In this document: positions 37,507-46,559 of the stretch, one piece after another
Numbering within the stretch: position 1 is the first letter of the stretch
How the letters are laid out: each line of letters opens with the position of its first letter
IMG/VR virus record: IMGVR_UViG_3300038393_000835
Location: 1-53,713 of that record
Length of the DNA stretch: 53,713 nt
Direction: 5' to 3' (one strand)
DNA from: a virus
Lineage: Duplodnaviria > Caudoviricetes
Translations under genes and position numbers: made by a program
The notes under the pieces: generated by a model
The model's input: only the letters and a program-made list of their open reading frames with translations
Database searches by the model: none
Told to the model about the DNA's origin: nothing

Positions 37507-37877
37507 GAGGTGATGCCAATTACAAGAACTACTACAAAATAGCAGAAGATGCGAAAGGAAATCCACAGGGATACAGTACAGCAGCAAACGCAATACGGCA
37601 GGCATTAGAAAGCGAAGGAGCTCCTTCTAGTTGGCTAACTCCGATGCTAGAACTAGCAGCTAGGGAATCGAGTTTCGATAATACAAATAAGAATCCCGAA
37701 TCCACAGCATACGGACTCTTCCAATTCTTAGATGGAACATGGGGAGACACCGGAATCAGTCGAACATCCGACCCTTATCAGCAAGCCGTAGCAGCGATCC
37801 GATATATTAAAAACCGTCCAAATTACGGAGATCCTTATAAAGCTCTTAGTTTCTGGGATGCGAATAAATGGTACTAG
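37482..37877 (+). CDS. Lytic transglycosylase (SLT) domain, probably reached by -1 frameshift
   Basis: ARESSF, AYGLFQFL..TW, AAIRYIK.R..YG, WY end; frame open from 37482 with no usable start codon until 37644. Confidence 0.75.
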   Translation, partial: CGFSNNQLGGDANYKNYYKIAEDAKGNPQGYSTAANAIRQALESEGAPSSWLTPMLELAARESSFDNTNKNPESTAYGLFQFLDGTWGDTGISRTSDPYQQAVAAIRYIKNRPNYGDPYKALSFWDANKWY

Positions 37878-37891
37878 AAAGGAGGTAAGTT

Positions 37892-40800
37892 ATGCCTAGT
37901 CAAAATATGATTGATATTCTGAATCGGTATAGGGATCAAAACAATCAAATGATGACAGGCTTGGATTCGGTGCTTAAAAAGCCGAGTCCAAACCTCTCTA
38001 GTTATCAGAATCCCAATCCGATCAATTTGACTCCATCTGATTTAAGTGGAACAACCCCATCTGAACCAAAATCCAATTGGTTCTTAGATACTTTAAATTT
38101 CCTGGATCGTCCAAGAGCTGCAATTGTCAATCCTTTAGCTGATATCGCACAAAATGGATGGAGTAATGCTCATGTTATGCAGGATATTTGGGATGGAATA
38201 TCGAAAAACGAGGGTCATAAATCTTTCAGTGACATCTTAAACGCACAAACAGCCGTTAAGGACACCCCAGGTAAACTCGATTGGAATGATGTTTTAGGTT
38301 TTGTGGGAGATGTAGCCCTTGACCCTTTGACTTATTTGACATTTGGAGCTGGAAGTGTAGCTAAAGCCGGAACGAAAGCAGCGTTACAAGCAGCGAAAGG
38401 GATTGCTGAAAAAGAAGGAATGCAATTAGGGAGAATGGGTAAAGATGTATTCTCTAGTTTTCCTGAACAAGTTTACGATAATACAATTTCAAAATATGCA
38501 AGCAACCCGAACATCAATCAAAACTTAGCAGAACGGTTAGCTACTAAGAAATATTATTCTGCTGAAGACGCTATTAATAATGCAGCTAAAGAAGCTAGAG
38601 CAACTTCTCAGAATTCACTATTAAACCTTGATGTACCTTTCACGAACATTACAAAAGGTTTAATCAGTAAAGAACAGTTACCTTTCGGGATGGGAAGTCC
38701 ATTTATTAAGTCTTCTCCTGCAATTGGAACTGTTGGAGCTGAAGCAACAAGAAAACTGCTTACAGATGCGGGATTAGGGGATGCAGAACATGCCGATTTC
38801 TTAAAGAATATTTACGGAACTAGCGATGCTTCTCAGCTAACTTTACAACAACTAGACCATTTAAAGCAGAATTTACCTCAATTCGATCCGGCAATTGTGC
38901 GAAATTTACCGAATGACTATGCAGTAAAAGAGTATCTACAAAAATATTTAGTTCCTGATGTTCGTTACGATATTAAAACTCAAAAGCCAATCATCAATCA
39001 AGAGTTGAATTACACTAAGTTCCAACCGGAAGATATCTTAAATAATATTGATCCACGTATTGCTAAAACCGTCGAACCTCTAATTCAGGGATTCGCAGAC
39101 GATATTAGCGGATTAAATAAATTAGCTCCTCAGAGTGTGGAAATGTATGGAGATTTCATTAAACAATTAACTTCCACTATCAAAGGAAAAACAGCCGATG
39201 AAGTACGTACATCATTGAGTCAAGTGGCTGATACCTTACGACAAGCTCAAAACACAGCTAAAATAAGCTACCGACCATTCCAACAATTCGAAGAATGGAT
39301 TCGTGAAGCAACAAAACTGGATAAGCCTGCTAAAAGTATTGCAAATGATTTAGAAAAGCAATTTGGCAAATTCGTTGCTGATGCGGGCGGTAAATCTTCT
39401 CTAGGTGCGAAGCTGTCTAAAAACATCTTAAATCCACGGACTCTTTTATCGAAGGATGAATTAGTTAATGATGCTGCGGTAAAGATCCGCAATACCGATA
39501 ATCGGGTTTACGGTCATATTCAGCAGATGAACATGGACATGAAAAATCTATCCAAAATTACCAAAGGTCTTACGTCTGAAGAAAAGAATGCCGTATATCA
39601 TGTTCTTGAAAATAAAGCTCCTGGTGGAAAGTCTATTGACGACTATCTGAACGGTAAGAACAAAGACAAAATCTTAGAAGCTGCTCAACATGTAAAGAAC
39701 ATCTTAGATCGTATTGGTCAAAGGGATATAAAATCAGGGACCGTTGGAAAGTTACGTCAAAATTATTTTCCTCACGTATTCGGAATGGCTGATGATGAAG
39801 CTAGAAAGATCCTTGAACGACTACAAAATGATCCCGAACTAAAAAAGTTCTTGGGTCGATCCCAAACCAATAAACACGGAATGGAACGTACAGGATTCCA
39901 GACTTTAGCAGATTGGCAGGATGCGATTACCGGACTAATGAAGGAAGGGAAAACGGAAGAAGCCAATGCCCTTCGTCAATTATTTGAAGGAGATATGAGT
40001 AAAGCTTTAGAAAGACGTTACTATACTTCCATTCGTTCTTCTGCGATGGCTGATTTGTATAAGGACCTTCGAGGATCTGGATTAATTCAACGATCTGAAG
40101 ATCGTATTAGTTTTCCGAACAGTCACGGTGAAATGAAAACGTTGGATGCCCAGGAAGCTAAGAAGTTAGGACTTCCCGTAGGAACAGCCGTTCATCAAGA
40201 AGTGTATCAGGGATTACAAAAAATGCACGACCTGTTCACAGATAAGGGAGTACAAAATGTATTAGACCAACTAAACGGAATCCAAAACATCTGGAAATCT
40301 CTAGTTACTTCTGTTATGCCAAGTCATCACTTCTTCAACTTCATCGGTAACGTAGCAAACAATGCGATGGCTGGAGTTACTGTTAAGAGATATAAGGATG
40401 CAGGAATTTTGCTTAAAAAGCTAGAAAAAGGGACGTTGAATGATAAGGAGCAAAAACTTGTTCAACAGGCCCTAGACCAAGGAGTTCTCAACCAAGGTCA
40501 TGTCAGTGACTACGCAGGAAATATGATGAATTTCCGAAAGCCGACTTGGGGAGATAAAGTAGCTGACGGTATCCGAAACTTGCCCGGTGCGAAGCAGATG
40601 CAAGATGTAGGAAACATGGCTGATAATTTTACTCGTCTAGCTTTGTTCTTAGAAGGTAAAGCAAAAACAGGTTCAGCCCAGCAAGCGGGGGATATGGTTC
40701 ATAAGTATCTCTTCAATTATCGTGAGATTACGAATGCCGATAAGGTCATGCGTTTAGGAATTCCGTTCTGGACTTGGACAAAGAACAATATCCCTCTCCA

Positions 40801-41332
40801 GCTCGAACATCTCATGCAAAGTCCTAGATACTACGCCACTTACGGAAAAATAAAAGAACGTTTAGCAGGAGATCCAAATGCTACTCCTGATTGGGCTCAA
40901 GAGGAATATATGAAAACCGGAATCAAAAATGATCAAGGTCAAGATTATATGATGAACCCTCGATTGCCTTTACAGGATCTTAGTAAGCTAGGAGATCCAA
41001 TGCACATGATGCTTAACAGTATGACTCCGTTTGCTAAAGTTCCAATTGAAGTGGATATGAACAAGCAATTCTTTAACGGGCAGCCTATTGACCGAACAAA
41101 AGCAACGGAAGATATGAGTTATGATCCAAATGCATTAATTCCGTATCTGGAGCGACAACTAGGAGGATTGAGTAAACTTCCAGGTCTAGCATCTGGGGAA
41201 GTTGATCCATTATCGCTACTTATTGGTAAGCCACAAGCCTTTGATCCTGAGAAAACACAACTCGTTAAACGGCTTGATGAGGGTAAGAAAAAGAAAGCCG
41301 AACAAAAACGAGCAAAGGAAGGGGCGAAGTGA
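37892..41332 (+). CDS. Large internal virion/ejection protein
   Basis: 1146 aa; DVALDPLTY and IPFWTW..NIP patterns typical of podophage ejection proteins. Confidence 0.7.
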   Translation: MPSQNMIDILNRYRDQNNQMMTGLDSVLKKPSPNLSSYQNPNPINLTPSDLSGTTPSEPKSNWFLDTLNFLDRPRAAIVNPLADIAQNGWSNAHVMQDIWDGISKNEGHKSFSDILNAQTAVKDTPGKLDWNDVLGFVGDVALDPLTYLTFGAGSVAKAGTKAALQAAKGIAEKEGMQLGRMGKDVFSSFPEQVYDNTISKYASNPNINQNLAERLATKKYYSAEDAINNAAKEARATSQNSLLNLDVPFTNITKGLISKEQLPFGMGSPFIKSSPAIGTVGAEATRKLLTDAGLGDAEHADFLKNIYGTSDASQLTLQQLDHLKQNLPQFDPAIVRNLPNDYAVKEYLQKYLVPDVRYDIKTQKPIINQELNYTKFQPEDILNNIDPRIAKTVEPLIQGFADDISGLNKLAPQSVEMYGDFIKQLTSTIKGKTADEVRTSLSQVADTLRQAQNTAKISYRPFQQFEEWIREATKLDKPAKSIANDLEKQFGKFVADAGGKSSLGAKLSKNILNPRTLLSKDELVNDAAVKIRNTDNRVYGHIQQMNMDMKNLSKITKGLTSEEKNAVYHVLENKAPGGKSIDDYLNGKNKDKILEAAQHVKNILDRIGQRDIKSGTVGKLRQNYFPHVFGMADDEARKILERLQNDPELKKFLGRSQTNKHGMERTGFQTLADWQDAITGLMKEGKTEEANALRQLFEGDMSKALERRYYTSIRSSAMADLYKDLRGSGLIQRSEDRISFPNSHGEMKTLDAQEAKKLGLPVGTAVHQEVYQGLQKMHDLFTDKGVQNVLDQLNGIQNIWKSLVTSVMPSHHFFNFIGNVANNAMAGVTVKRYKDAGILLKKLEKGTLNDKEQKLVQQALDQGVLNQGHVSDYAGNMMNFRKPTWGDKVADGIRNLPGAKQMQDVGNMADNFTRLALFLEGKAKTGSAQQAGDMVHKYLFNYREITNADKVMRLGIPFWTWTKNNIPLQLEHLMQSPRYYATYGKIKERLAGDPNATPDWAQEEYMKTGIKNDQGQDYMMNPRLPLQDLSKLGDPMHMMLNSMTPFAKVPIEVDMNKQFFNGQPIDRTKATEDMSYDPNALIPYLERQLGGLSKLPGLASGEVDPLSLLIGKPQAFDPEKTQLVKRLDEGKKKKAEQKRAKEGAK

Positions 41333-41508
41333 TGGAATGGTTATTCGAAGTGGCGAAGATCTGGGGTCCTGCTACAGCCCTAGTTTGCTGGGTGCTTTAT
41401 ACAAACTGGGTTAGAGAACAACGATATCTAGGTATCGTACAAACTCTATCAGAAGAGGTAAAAGAGAGATTAACAAAGATAGAAACCATGGTTAAGAAAA
41501 TACACTAG
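41332..41508 (+). CDS. BhlA/UviB-like holin, 58 aa; not in ORF track
   Basis: MEWLFEVAKIWGPATALVCWVLYTNWVREQRY...; directly before the endolysin. Confidence 0.8.
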   Translation: MEWLFEVAKIWGPATALVCWVLYTNWVREQRYLGIVQTLSEEVKERLTKIETMVKKIH

Positions 41509-41519
41509 GAGGAATCAAC

Positions 41520-42158
41520 ATGAATATTCAGTGGATTGGATCTCCGAACTTTGAATTATATCGCAGAGGCTATAAGCCTCTTGCGATTGTCAACCACATT
41601 ATGTGCGGTACTTTAGAAGGAACAGACTCTTGGTTTAAGAATCCTGCTTCTCAAGTATCGGCCCATTTTGGAGTAGGTAAAAATGGAGAGATTCATCAAT
41701 ATGTAAATGAACTAAGCACCGCATGGGCAAACGGTAGAAAGAGTACACCAGATGAATCATGGTTAGCTAACTTTCCTGCTGGGGTAAATCCGAACTTATG
41801 GACCATTTCCATCGAACATGAAGGATATCCTGAAGATGGATTAACAGAAGCCCAAACAAAAGCAACTATTGAACTTCACAAATATTTAGTTGAAAAATGG
41901 AATATCCCAATCGACCCTATCCATATAACGGGCCATTTCAGAATTGACAGCGTATCTAGAAAAGACTGTCCTGGTCCGAAGTTTCCGTGGGATAGATTAT
42001 TCAAAGAACTGAAAGGAGGATATCAAATGAAACCTGAAGATGCAAACAAAATCATTGAATTTTTACAAGCTGCTTATGGCATCGATCCGAACCCAGAATT
42101 CGGTAGACTAGCAGATGAACTTCGCCTAGCTTCTGGACAAGAACCACAAAACAAATAG
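41520..42158 (+). CDS. Endolysin, N-acetylmuramoyl-L-alanine amidase (Amidase_2)
   Basis: IVNHI, VSAHF, AWANG, ISIEHEG, ITGH, KDCPG. Confidence 0.95.
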   Translation: MNIQWIGSPNFELYRRGYKPLAIVNHIMCGTLEGTDSWFKNPASQVSAHFGVGKNGEIHQYVNELSTAWANGRKSTPDESWLANFPAGVNPNLWTISIEHEGYPEDGLTEAQTKATIELHKYLVEKWNIPIDPIHITGHFRIDSVSRKDCPGPKFPWDRLFKELKGGYQMKPEDANKIIEFLQAAYGIDPNPEFGRLADELRLASGQEPQNK

Positions 42159-42169
42159 GAGGACTAATC

Positions 42170-42382
42170 ATGAGTAAATCATTAGTGATTTCAATTGTGA
42201 GCTTGATCTTAGGTCTAGTGAGTTCCATCTTCGGAAAACAGATTTTTGACAGCGAGCAGATACAACAGTTAGGAGAAATCGTGTTTTATATCGTGACTTT
42301 TGTGAGTGCTTATCTGCATAAGCCAAATCAAAACGGCTCAGAATCGACTCCATCTCAAAATTCTGACAATTTAAACCAATAG
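42170..42382 (+). CDS. Second holin-like membrane protein
   Basis: Two hydrophobic segments; follows the endolysin. Confidence 0.65.
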   Translation: MSKSLVISIVSLILGLVSSIFGKQIFDSEQIQQLGEIVFYIVTFVSAYLHKPNQNGSESTPSQNSDNLNQ

Positions 42383-42407
42383 AAAAGACCCCTTATAGGG
42401 TCTTTTT
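42382..42407. terminator. Bidirectional terminator
   Basis: AAAAGACCC-CTTATA-GGGTCTTTTT between convergent operons. Confidence 0.8.
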
Positions 42408-42740
42408 CAGTTCAATCAGCTTTTTCAAGTACCATTCCGATTTTTTCAAATCTTGCAAGCCATTCTTGAGGCGGTATCTAAGGGTGTACTTTAGTATATT
42501 ACCCTTGAGAAATCCCTCATATTCTTCAGGTGTTAATTGATCCTTTAGAATGTCGATTACTTCTAGGTTTCCTGCTGTGTAATGAGGGGGTTGATTGACC
42601 ATATCTACTTTTTGTTTATTTATAATTTCCTTTAGTTCATCATACGTAACCATTTGAACTTTTCCAGTTTGATGAATTTCACAAAAACTAGAGTCAGTCA
42701 TAGTTACATATCCGCAACTGGCAATTCCGCATTTAGGCAT
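42393..42740 (-). CDS. DUF3310 (SaV-like) protein
   Basis: DMVNQPPHY, GFLKGNILKY..R...KNG.QDLKK..WYL. Confidence 0.85.
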   Translation of the reverse strand: MPKCGIASCGYVTMTDSSFCEIHQTGKVQMVTYDELKEIINKQKVDMVNQPPHYTAGNLEVIDILKDQLTPEEYEGFLKGNILKYTLRYRLKNGLQDLKKSEWYLKKLIELKKTL

Positions 42741-43362
42741 CCTTCTTCACCCCCGTAATAAACTCCGAATATGGTAACGACTCAGCCCACTCTCGAAACT
42801 CCTGCCATTCTGATAAGCGATGCCCTTTACGATCATGGTAAGCATTGGCGATTGTTGCGTAGTTCAATGTTGTGGTACGCTTTTGCATCCAACCTGAAGG
42901 GAGTAACTGTATAAGAAGTTTCCAAATGCGACGATCTTTAGTTTCTAAAAACATATTTCGGAGCATTTCTAAATCCTTAAATAAAGGAATAGTTATGGGT
43001 TCATGGCTATCTTCAAGAGAAAATAATTCAGGAGTCATTTCCTTCCTTTGAATCGTATGCATAGTGCTCTCGCTGTTCGTAACAATAAATTTATATTGAT
43101 CCATCTCTTTCCACCAATACAAGGGAGCATTGATATCTACACAAACCATGACTTGTCTCATCCATTTGGCATGGCTTCCCCCAGCCTTCGCTAGTTTGAA
43201 TAAAAGGGCGTGGTCGTTAGGACCGATGATAAACTCAGGATCGCAACAAGAGCATTCGTTTTTCCAATAGCTATCCGATTTATCATGACTTTCCCAGCTA
43301 TTTCTAGCCCCTCTTATGGCTCCTTTAAAGTTGAACACTTCGGTTTCCGTGAACTCAATCAT
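42733..43362 (-). CDS. ThyX-like flavoprotein-fold protein
   Basis: AIRGARNS...HAKWMRQ..DINAPLYWWKEMDQY...NSESTMH...LLPSG; canonical RHRx7S motif absent. Confidence 0.55.
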   Translation of the reverse strand: MIEFTETEVFNFKGAIRGARNSWESHDKSDSYWKNECSCCDPEFIIGPNDHALLFKLAKAGGSHAKWMRQVMVCVDINAPLYWWKEMDQYKFIVTNSESTMHTIQRKEMTPELFSLEDSHEPITIPLFKDLEMLRNMFLETKDRRIWKLLIQLLPSGWMQKRTTTLNYATIANAYHDRKGHRLSEWQEFREWAESLPYSEFITGVKKDA

Positions 43363-43736
43363 TTATTTCTCCCCTTTTCAATTAGGCAATAGTAGTGTAT
43401 CCGACAGTACCCGTGTCCGAAATGTCTGCTGTCACAGTCAGGTAGTTTACATTTTTTATTGGCAATCGATCCCTCCGGCCTACCTCCTCCTGTTCCTTGT
43501 TTAAGAACAATTGTAGGATCTCCGTGATTCAGCCACCGTCTATAGTGCATGTTACAGTAACCTCTAGATTTATAATCCGTTCTTTCGCATCCCTCAACGG
43601 TACAGGGACGCTCCTTGCGTATGTACACTTTCTTCGGTTTCTCCGGTTGGGGTTTAGGCCGGGACATAAAATGGTCCCGACACAAACCTTCATCCCAACT
43701 AGGGAGATTGCAGCCCTCCATCTTGCACGTTTTCAT
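43359..43736 (-). CDS. Protein of three Cys/His metal-binding repeats
   Basis: C-x3-GC...G.C..H repeated three times. Confidence 0.7.
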   Translation of the reverse strand: MKTCKMEGCNLPSWDEGLCRDHFMSRPKPQPEKPKKVYIRKERPCTVEGCERTDYKSRGYCNMHYRRWLNHGDPTIVLKQGTGGGRPEGSIANKKCKLPDCDSRHFGHGYCRIHYYCLIEKGRNK

Positions 43737-44058
43737 TATTCTCAGCCTCTTTCGCTAGTTTTTCTACACAAAACTTATGGAAGTAGCTAAGAACGGCACG
43801 AATTCCTGCTGAACTGGTTGCAAACCCATCCTTAACTAATTCATTGAAGATATAGTCTACAGCATCGTCGGTGCAAACCGTATCCTCAACCCCTAGTTCA
43901 AATTCTGTTGTTTCGTCGAAATCACTTTCATCTAAGTAGACGTAATTGACTTCTTGGCAGTTATGACATTCAACACTCAATTCAATTTTTCCGCTGTAAT
44001 CCTCCATTCTTACCGCCTCCATATCTGAGATAAAAAATTCCATGGCGTATACTATCAC
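43699..44058 (-). CDS. Acidic hypothetical protein with CxxC
   Basis: In operon; true start probably the second or third Met. Confidence 0.65.
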   Translation of the reverse strand: MIVYAMEFFISDMEAVRMEDYSGKIELSVECHNCQEVNYVYLDESDFDETTEFELGVEDTVCTDDAVDYIFNELVKDGFATSSAGIRAVLSYFHKFCVEKLAKEAENNENVQDGGLQSP

Positions 44059-44485
44059 GTTGATGGAGATTGGTTAGTCTGCCTTGACAGTAATACTTTG
44101 AACCTCTCTTCTCGAAGAATCCTAACTTCACTAGTTGATCATCTGCGACTCGTACTTTGTCAGAGGGGTTTTGCATTTCAAACTTTATATCACTTATCCA
44201 GCACATCATTCTGATAAATCCTATAAGTTGCGGTGTTTCTAAACTAGACCAAGATTGACTCTTAGCTTTGTGTCCAAACAATCTATAGGATTCGCAAAGA
44301 ACAATGTCTGGAGCTTCATCTACAATTAAATAATCATGATGTTTCCAATATTGTTCTTGATTTGGAAAATCAGAAGCCTTTATATCGCCAAACTTCTCTA
44401 GTTCTCCGTCTTGGAATACGGCATAACCCGTTGTTCCTTTTCCTTCGTCGTAATTACCACTTGGATCTAATGCTATAATTCTCAT
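43982..44485 (-). CDS. RuvC-like Holliday junction resolvase
   Basis: IIALDPSG..TGYA, VLCES, HQRDSIRH. Confidence 0.75.
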   Translation of the reverse strand: MRIIALDPSGNYDEGKGTTGYAVFQDGELEKFGDIKASDFPNQEQYWKHHDYLIVDEAPDIVLCESYRLFGHKAKSQSWSSLETPQLIGFIRMMCWISDIKFEMQNPSDKVRVADDQLVKLGFFEKRGSKYYCQGRLTNLHQRDSIRHGIFYLRYGGGKNGGLQRKN

Positions 44486-44551
44486 CTCTTATCTCCTCCC
44501 TAGTTAGTATTATTATATCACCTGATATGTATTATGGAAAGAAATATTTTC

Positions 44552-44590
44552 TAGGACAAAACATATTAGCTACCATACCAGCATAGTATA
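44552..44590 (+). promoter_or_regulatory. sigmaE-type (mother cell) promoter with adjacent SpoIIID-like box
   Basis: ACATATT-14 nt-CATAGTAT (B. subtilis sigmaE consensus ZHATAXX-14-CATACAHT); TAGGACAAAA at 44552 versus SpoIIID WWRRACARnY. Confidence 0.7.
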
Positions 44591-44616
44591 TATGACAGGA
44601 AAGGAAGTGTAAGAAT

Positions 44617-44832
44617 ATGAAATTTATCAAGGTTGAAACAGGATTTGGAGGGTGGGATGAATATAACGATGCGGGGCAATTCGTTCGCCACTTAACCAAC
44701 TATCAACATCATCAAGCGGTTCAAGAACACATTCAAAATCATGCCCATGATTGGCTTCTCCATTTCTCATTATGGTGGACCCATCATTCACAATACATGG
44801 CTGATATCATGGCCCAATCTTTTTACAACTAG
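44617..44832 (+). CDS. Small His-rich hypothetical protein, first gene of the FtsK operon
   Basis: AAAGGAAG RBS; 71 aa. Confidence 0.7.
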   Translation: MKFIKVETGFGGWDEYNDAGQFVRHLTNYQHHQAVQEHIQNHAHDWLLHFSLWWTHHSQYMADIMAQSFYN

Positions 44833-44843
44833 GAGGGATAGAC

Positions 44844-44975
44844 ATGTGGGGAAAGTTAGCTCAATACGCAACCATTCTTGTTTTCTTAGAGTGGTTAGGT
44901 AGGCAAGGACTGTTTGGACTTAGAGGAACGGGGGTGTTGACATGGTTCTGGGAACTCTTATTGGTGCATCTATGA
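44844..44975 (+). CDS. Small membrane peptide, 43 aa; not in ORF track
   Basis: AGGAGGG RBS; MWGKLAQYATILVFLEWLGRQGLFGLRGTGVLTWFWELLLVHL. Confidence 0.7.
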   Translation: MWGKLAQYATILVFLEWLGRQGLFGLRGTGVLTWFWELLLVHL

Positions 44976-46282
44976 TCGCTCCGGCTATTATTTATCCTCT
45001 CTTGGATTCTCCAACAAAGCGATTCAAACAAAAGCTCTACTACACCTTTAGTTCTTACGACATGCCGGACATTAAGATCCTGGAAGTTTACAAAACGGAT
45101 TATGGATTCAAAGCGAACATCCAATTACCTCACGGATTACCGCACTCAGACTTCATGAAAGAACTAGAGGGGATAGAGCAATCAATGATGGCAAAGATTC
45201 GGGTGAAGCGGGGAGTAGGCCGGATACTTCTCCTTGATTTCGGGATGCTTTCTCTAGATAAGAAGATTGACTATGAAAGAGTACCCAAACAAGGAATGAA
45301 AATCCCTCTAGCTACCCCATTCGGATTCATTCATATGGATTTTACGCATATGGTCGGCGGGGGAGCTACGGATATGGGGAAAACAGTTCTTCAGTTACTC
45401 ATCGCCACTCACCTATACATTCAATCCAAAGGAACCATTGATCTCATCATCTCCAGCAATAAAACAGCCGACTACTACATGTTCAAAAACCTACCCAACG
45501 TTACTCTAGTTGAATCCGATGAAACCTTAAAGCAGCTAAAAAGAGTGGTGAAAGAATACGAAAAGCGGAAAGAAATCATTAATGAACTAGGGAATGTCAA
45601 TGACCATAAGACTCTTCGAGAGAAATACCCCGATAAAGCCTTTCAACCGATTTACGTGATCATTGATGAGTGCGGGGTGTTCTCCGAAGATAAAGATGTG
45701 AAAGAGCAACTAACCGAAATTGCAGAACGAGCTCGATATGTAGACATTCATCTTGTGTTGTTTTCACAAAGACCAGATGTGAAAGTTTTAAATGAACGCA
45801 TTAAGGCGAATCTATTAACGAGGATAGCATTAACGACAGCAAGCGATAAAGATTCCAGGATTATACTCGGTATGGATGGAGCTGAAAAACTGGGAGGAAT
45901 TAAAGGAAGGGCCATTTTGCTTGAGAGTTTACCTGTAGAAGTTCAAATCCCATACCTATCAAACGATACAGCCGAAAGGTTATTAAGGAGTGTTAATCAT
46001 GACAGACAGGGACGAATTGATCATCCAAAAACTGAAGCAGTTTCGAGTCCTGAGCCGGGACCAGATTGGTTCGATAGTATGTTCGGATCTAGCGAGACCG
46101 TGGGCAACCGTGAACCGGATCATGAAACGGTTAAGTCGGGATGGGCTTTGCTTGCCGATCCCCCAACCCAAAGACAAACCGTATCTCTACATGCCGAACC
46201 CCGCATTCATACACACGCAAAGCAGCCGGATACAACACTTCCTGGGATTAGTCGACATCTACCTATTGTTAGGGAAGCCTGA
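44942..46282 (+). CDS. FtsK/SpoIIIE-family ATPase with N-terminal membrane anchor
   Basis: HMVGGGATDMGKT, YVIIDE, FSQRPD, IKANL..RI, GAEKL..IKGRAI. Confidence 0.92.
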   Translation: MVLGTLIGASMIAPAIIYPLLDSPTKRFKQKLYYTFSSYDMPDIKILEVYKTDYGFKANIQLPHGLPHSDFMKELEGIEQSMMAKIRVKRGVGRILLLDFGMLSLDKKIDYERVPKQGMKIPLATPFGFIHMDFTHMVGGGATDMGKTVLQLLIATHLYIQSKGTIDLIISSNKTADYYMFKNLPNVTLVESDETLKQLKRVVKEYEKRKEIINELGNVNDHKTLREKYPDKAFQPIYVIIDECGVFSEDKDVKEQLTEIAERARYVDIHLVLFSQRPDVKVLNERIKANLLTRIALTTASDKDSRIILGMDGAEKLGGIKGRAILLESLPVEVQIPYLSNDTAERLLRSVNHDRQGRIDHPKTEAVSSPEPGPDWFDSMFGSSETVGNREPDHETVKSGWALLADPPTQRQTVSLHAEPRIHTHAKQPDTTLPGISRHLPIVREA

Positions 46283-46559
46283 ACGATTCCTAGTTGAGCC
46301 CGACATTCCCAACCATACTTACCGGCCGGATGCCATTACCCAGTTACGGGACCAACGAATCGTGATTGAATATCAAAGATCCCACATCTCCCACAAAACC
46401 ATGCAGGAAAAAGTGAATAACTTTGTGGATAGTGGGGATATCCATAGATCTAGAGAACTATGGATCATCACGGATAAAGCCTTTAGAGTGGAGCATCCTA
46501 AAGAATACACCGTCCATCAATTTCCACTAACCGAAGTCAAAGAAAAAAGAGTCCTGTAA
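45999..46559 (+). CDS. Replication-relaxation (Replic_Relax) family protein
   Basis: MTDRDELII..L..FRVLSRDQI, RIMKRL, PYLY, IQHFL, YRPDA, IEYQRS; ATG at 45999 after AAGGAG. Confidence 0.85.
   Translation: MTDRDELIIQKLKQFRVLSRDQIGSIVCSDLARPWATVNRIMKRLSRDGLCLPIPQPKDKPYLYMPNPAFIHTQSSRIQHFLGLVDIYLLLGKPERFLVEPDIPNHTYRPDAITQLRDQRIVIEYQRSHISHKTMQEKVNNFVDSGDIHRSRELWIITDKAFRVEHPKEYTVHQFPLTEVKEKRVL

Noticed and set aside
37513-37542. ATG at 37513 as the start of the SLT gene
   Set aside because: Wrong frame, stops after 9 codons and abuts the SD
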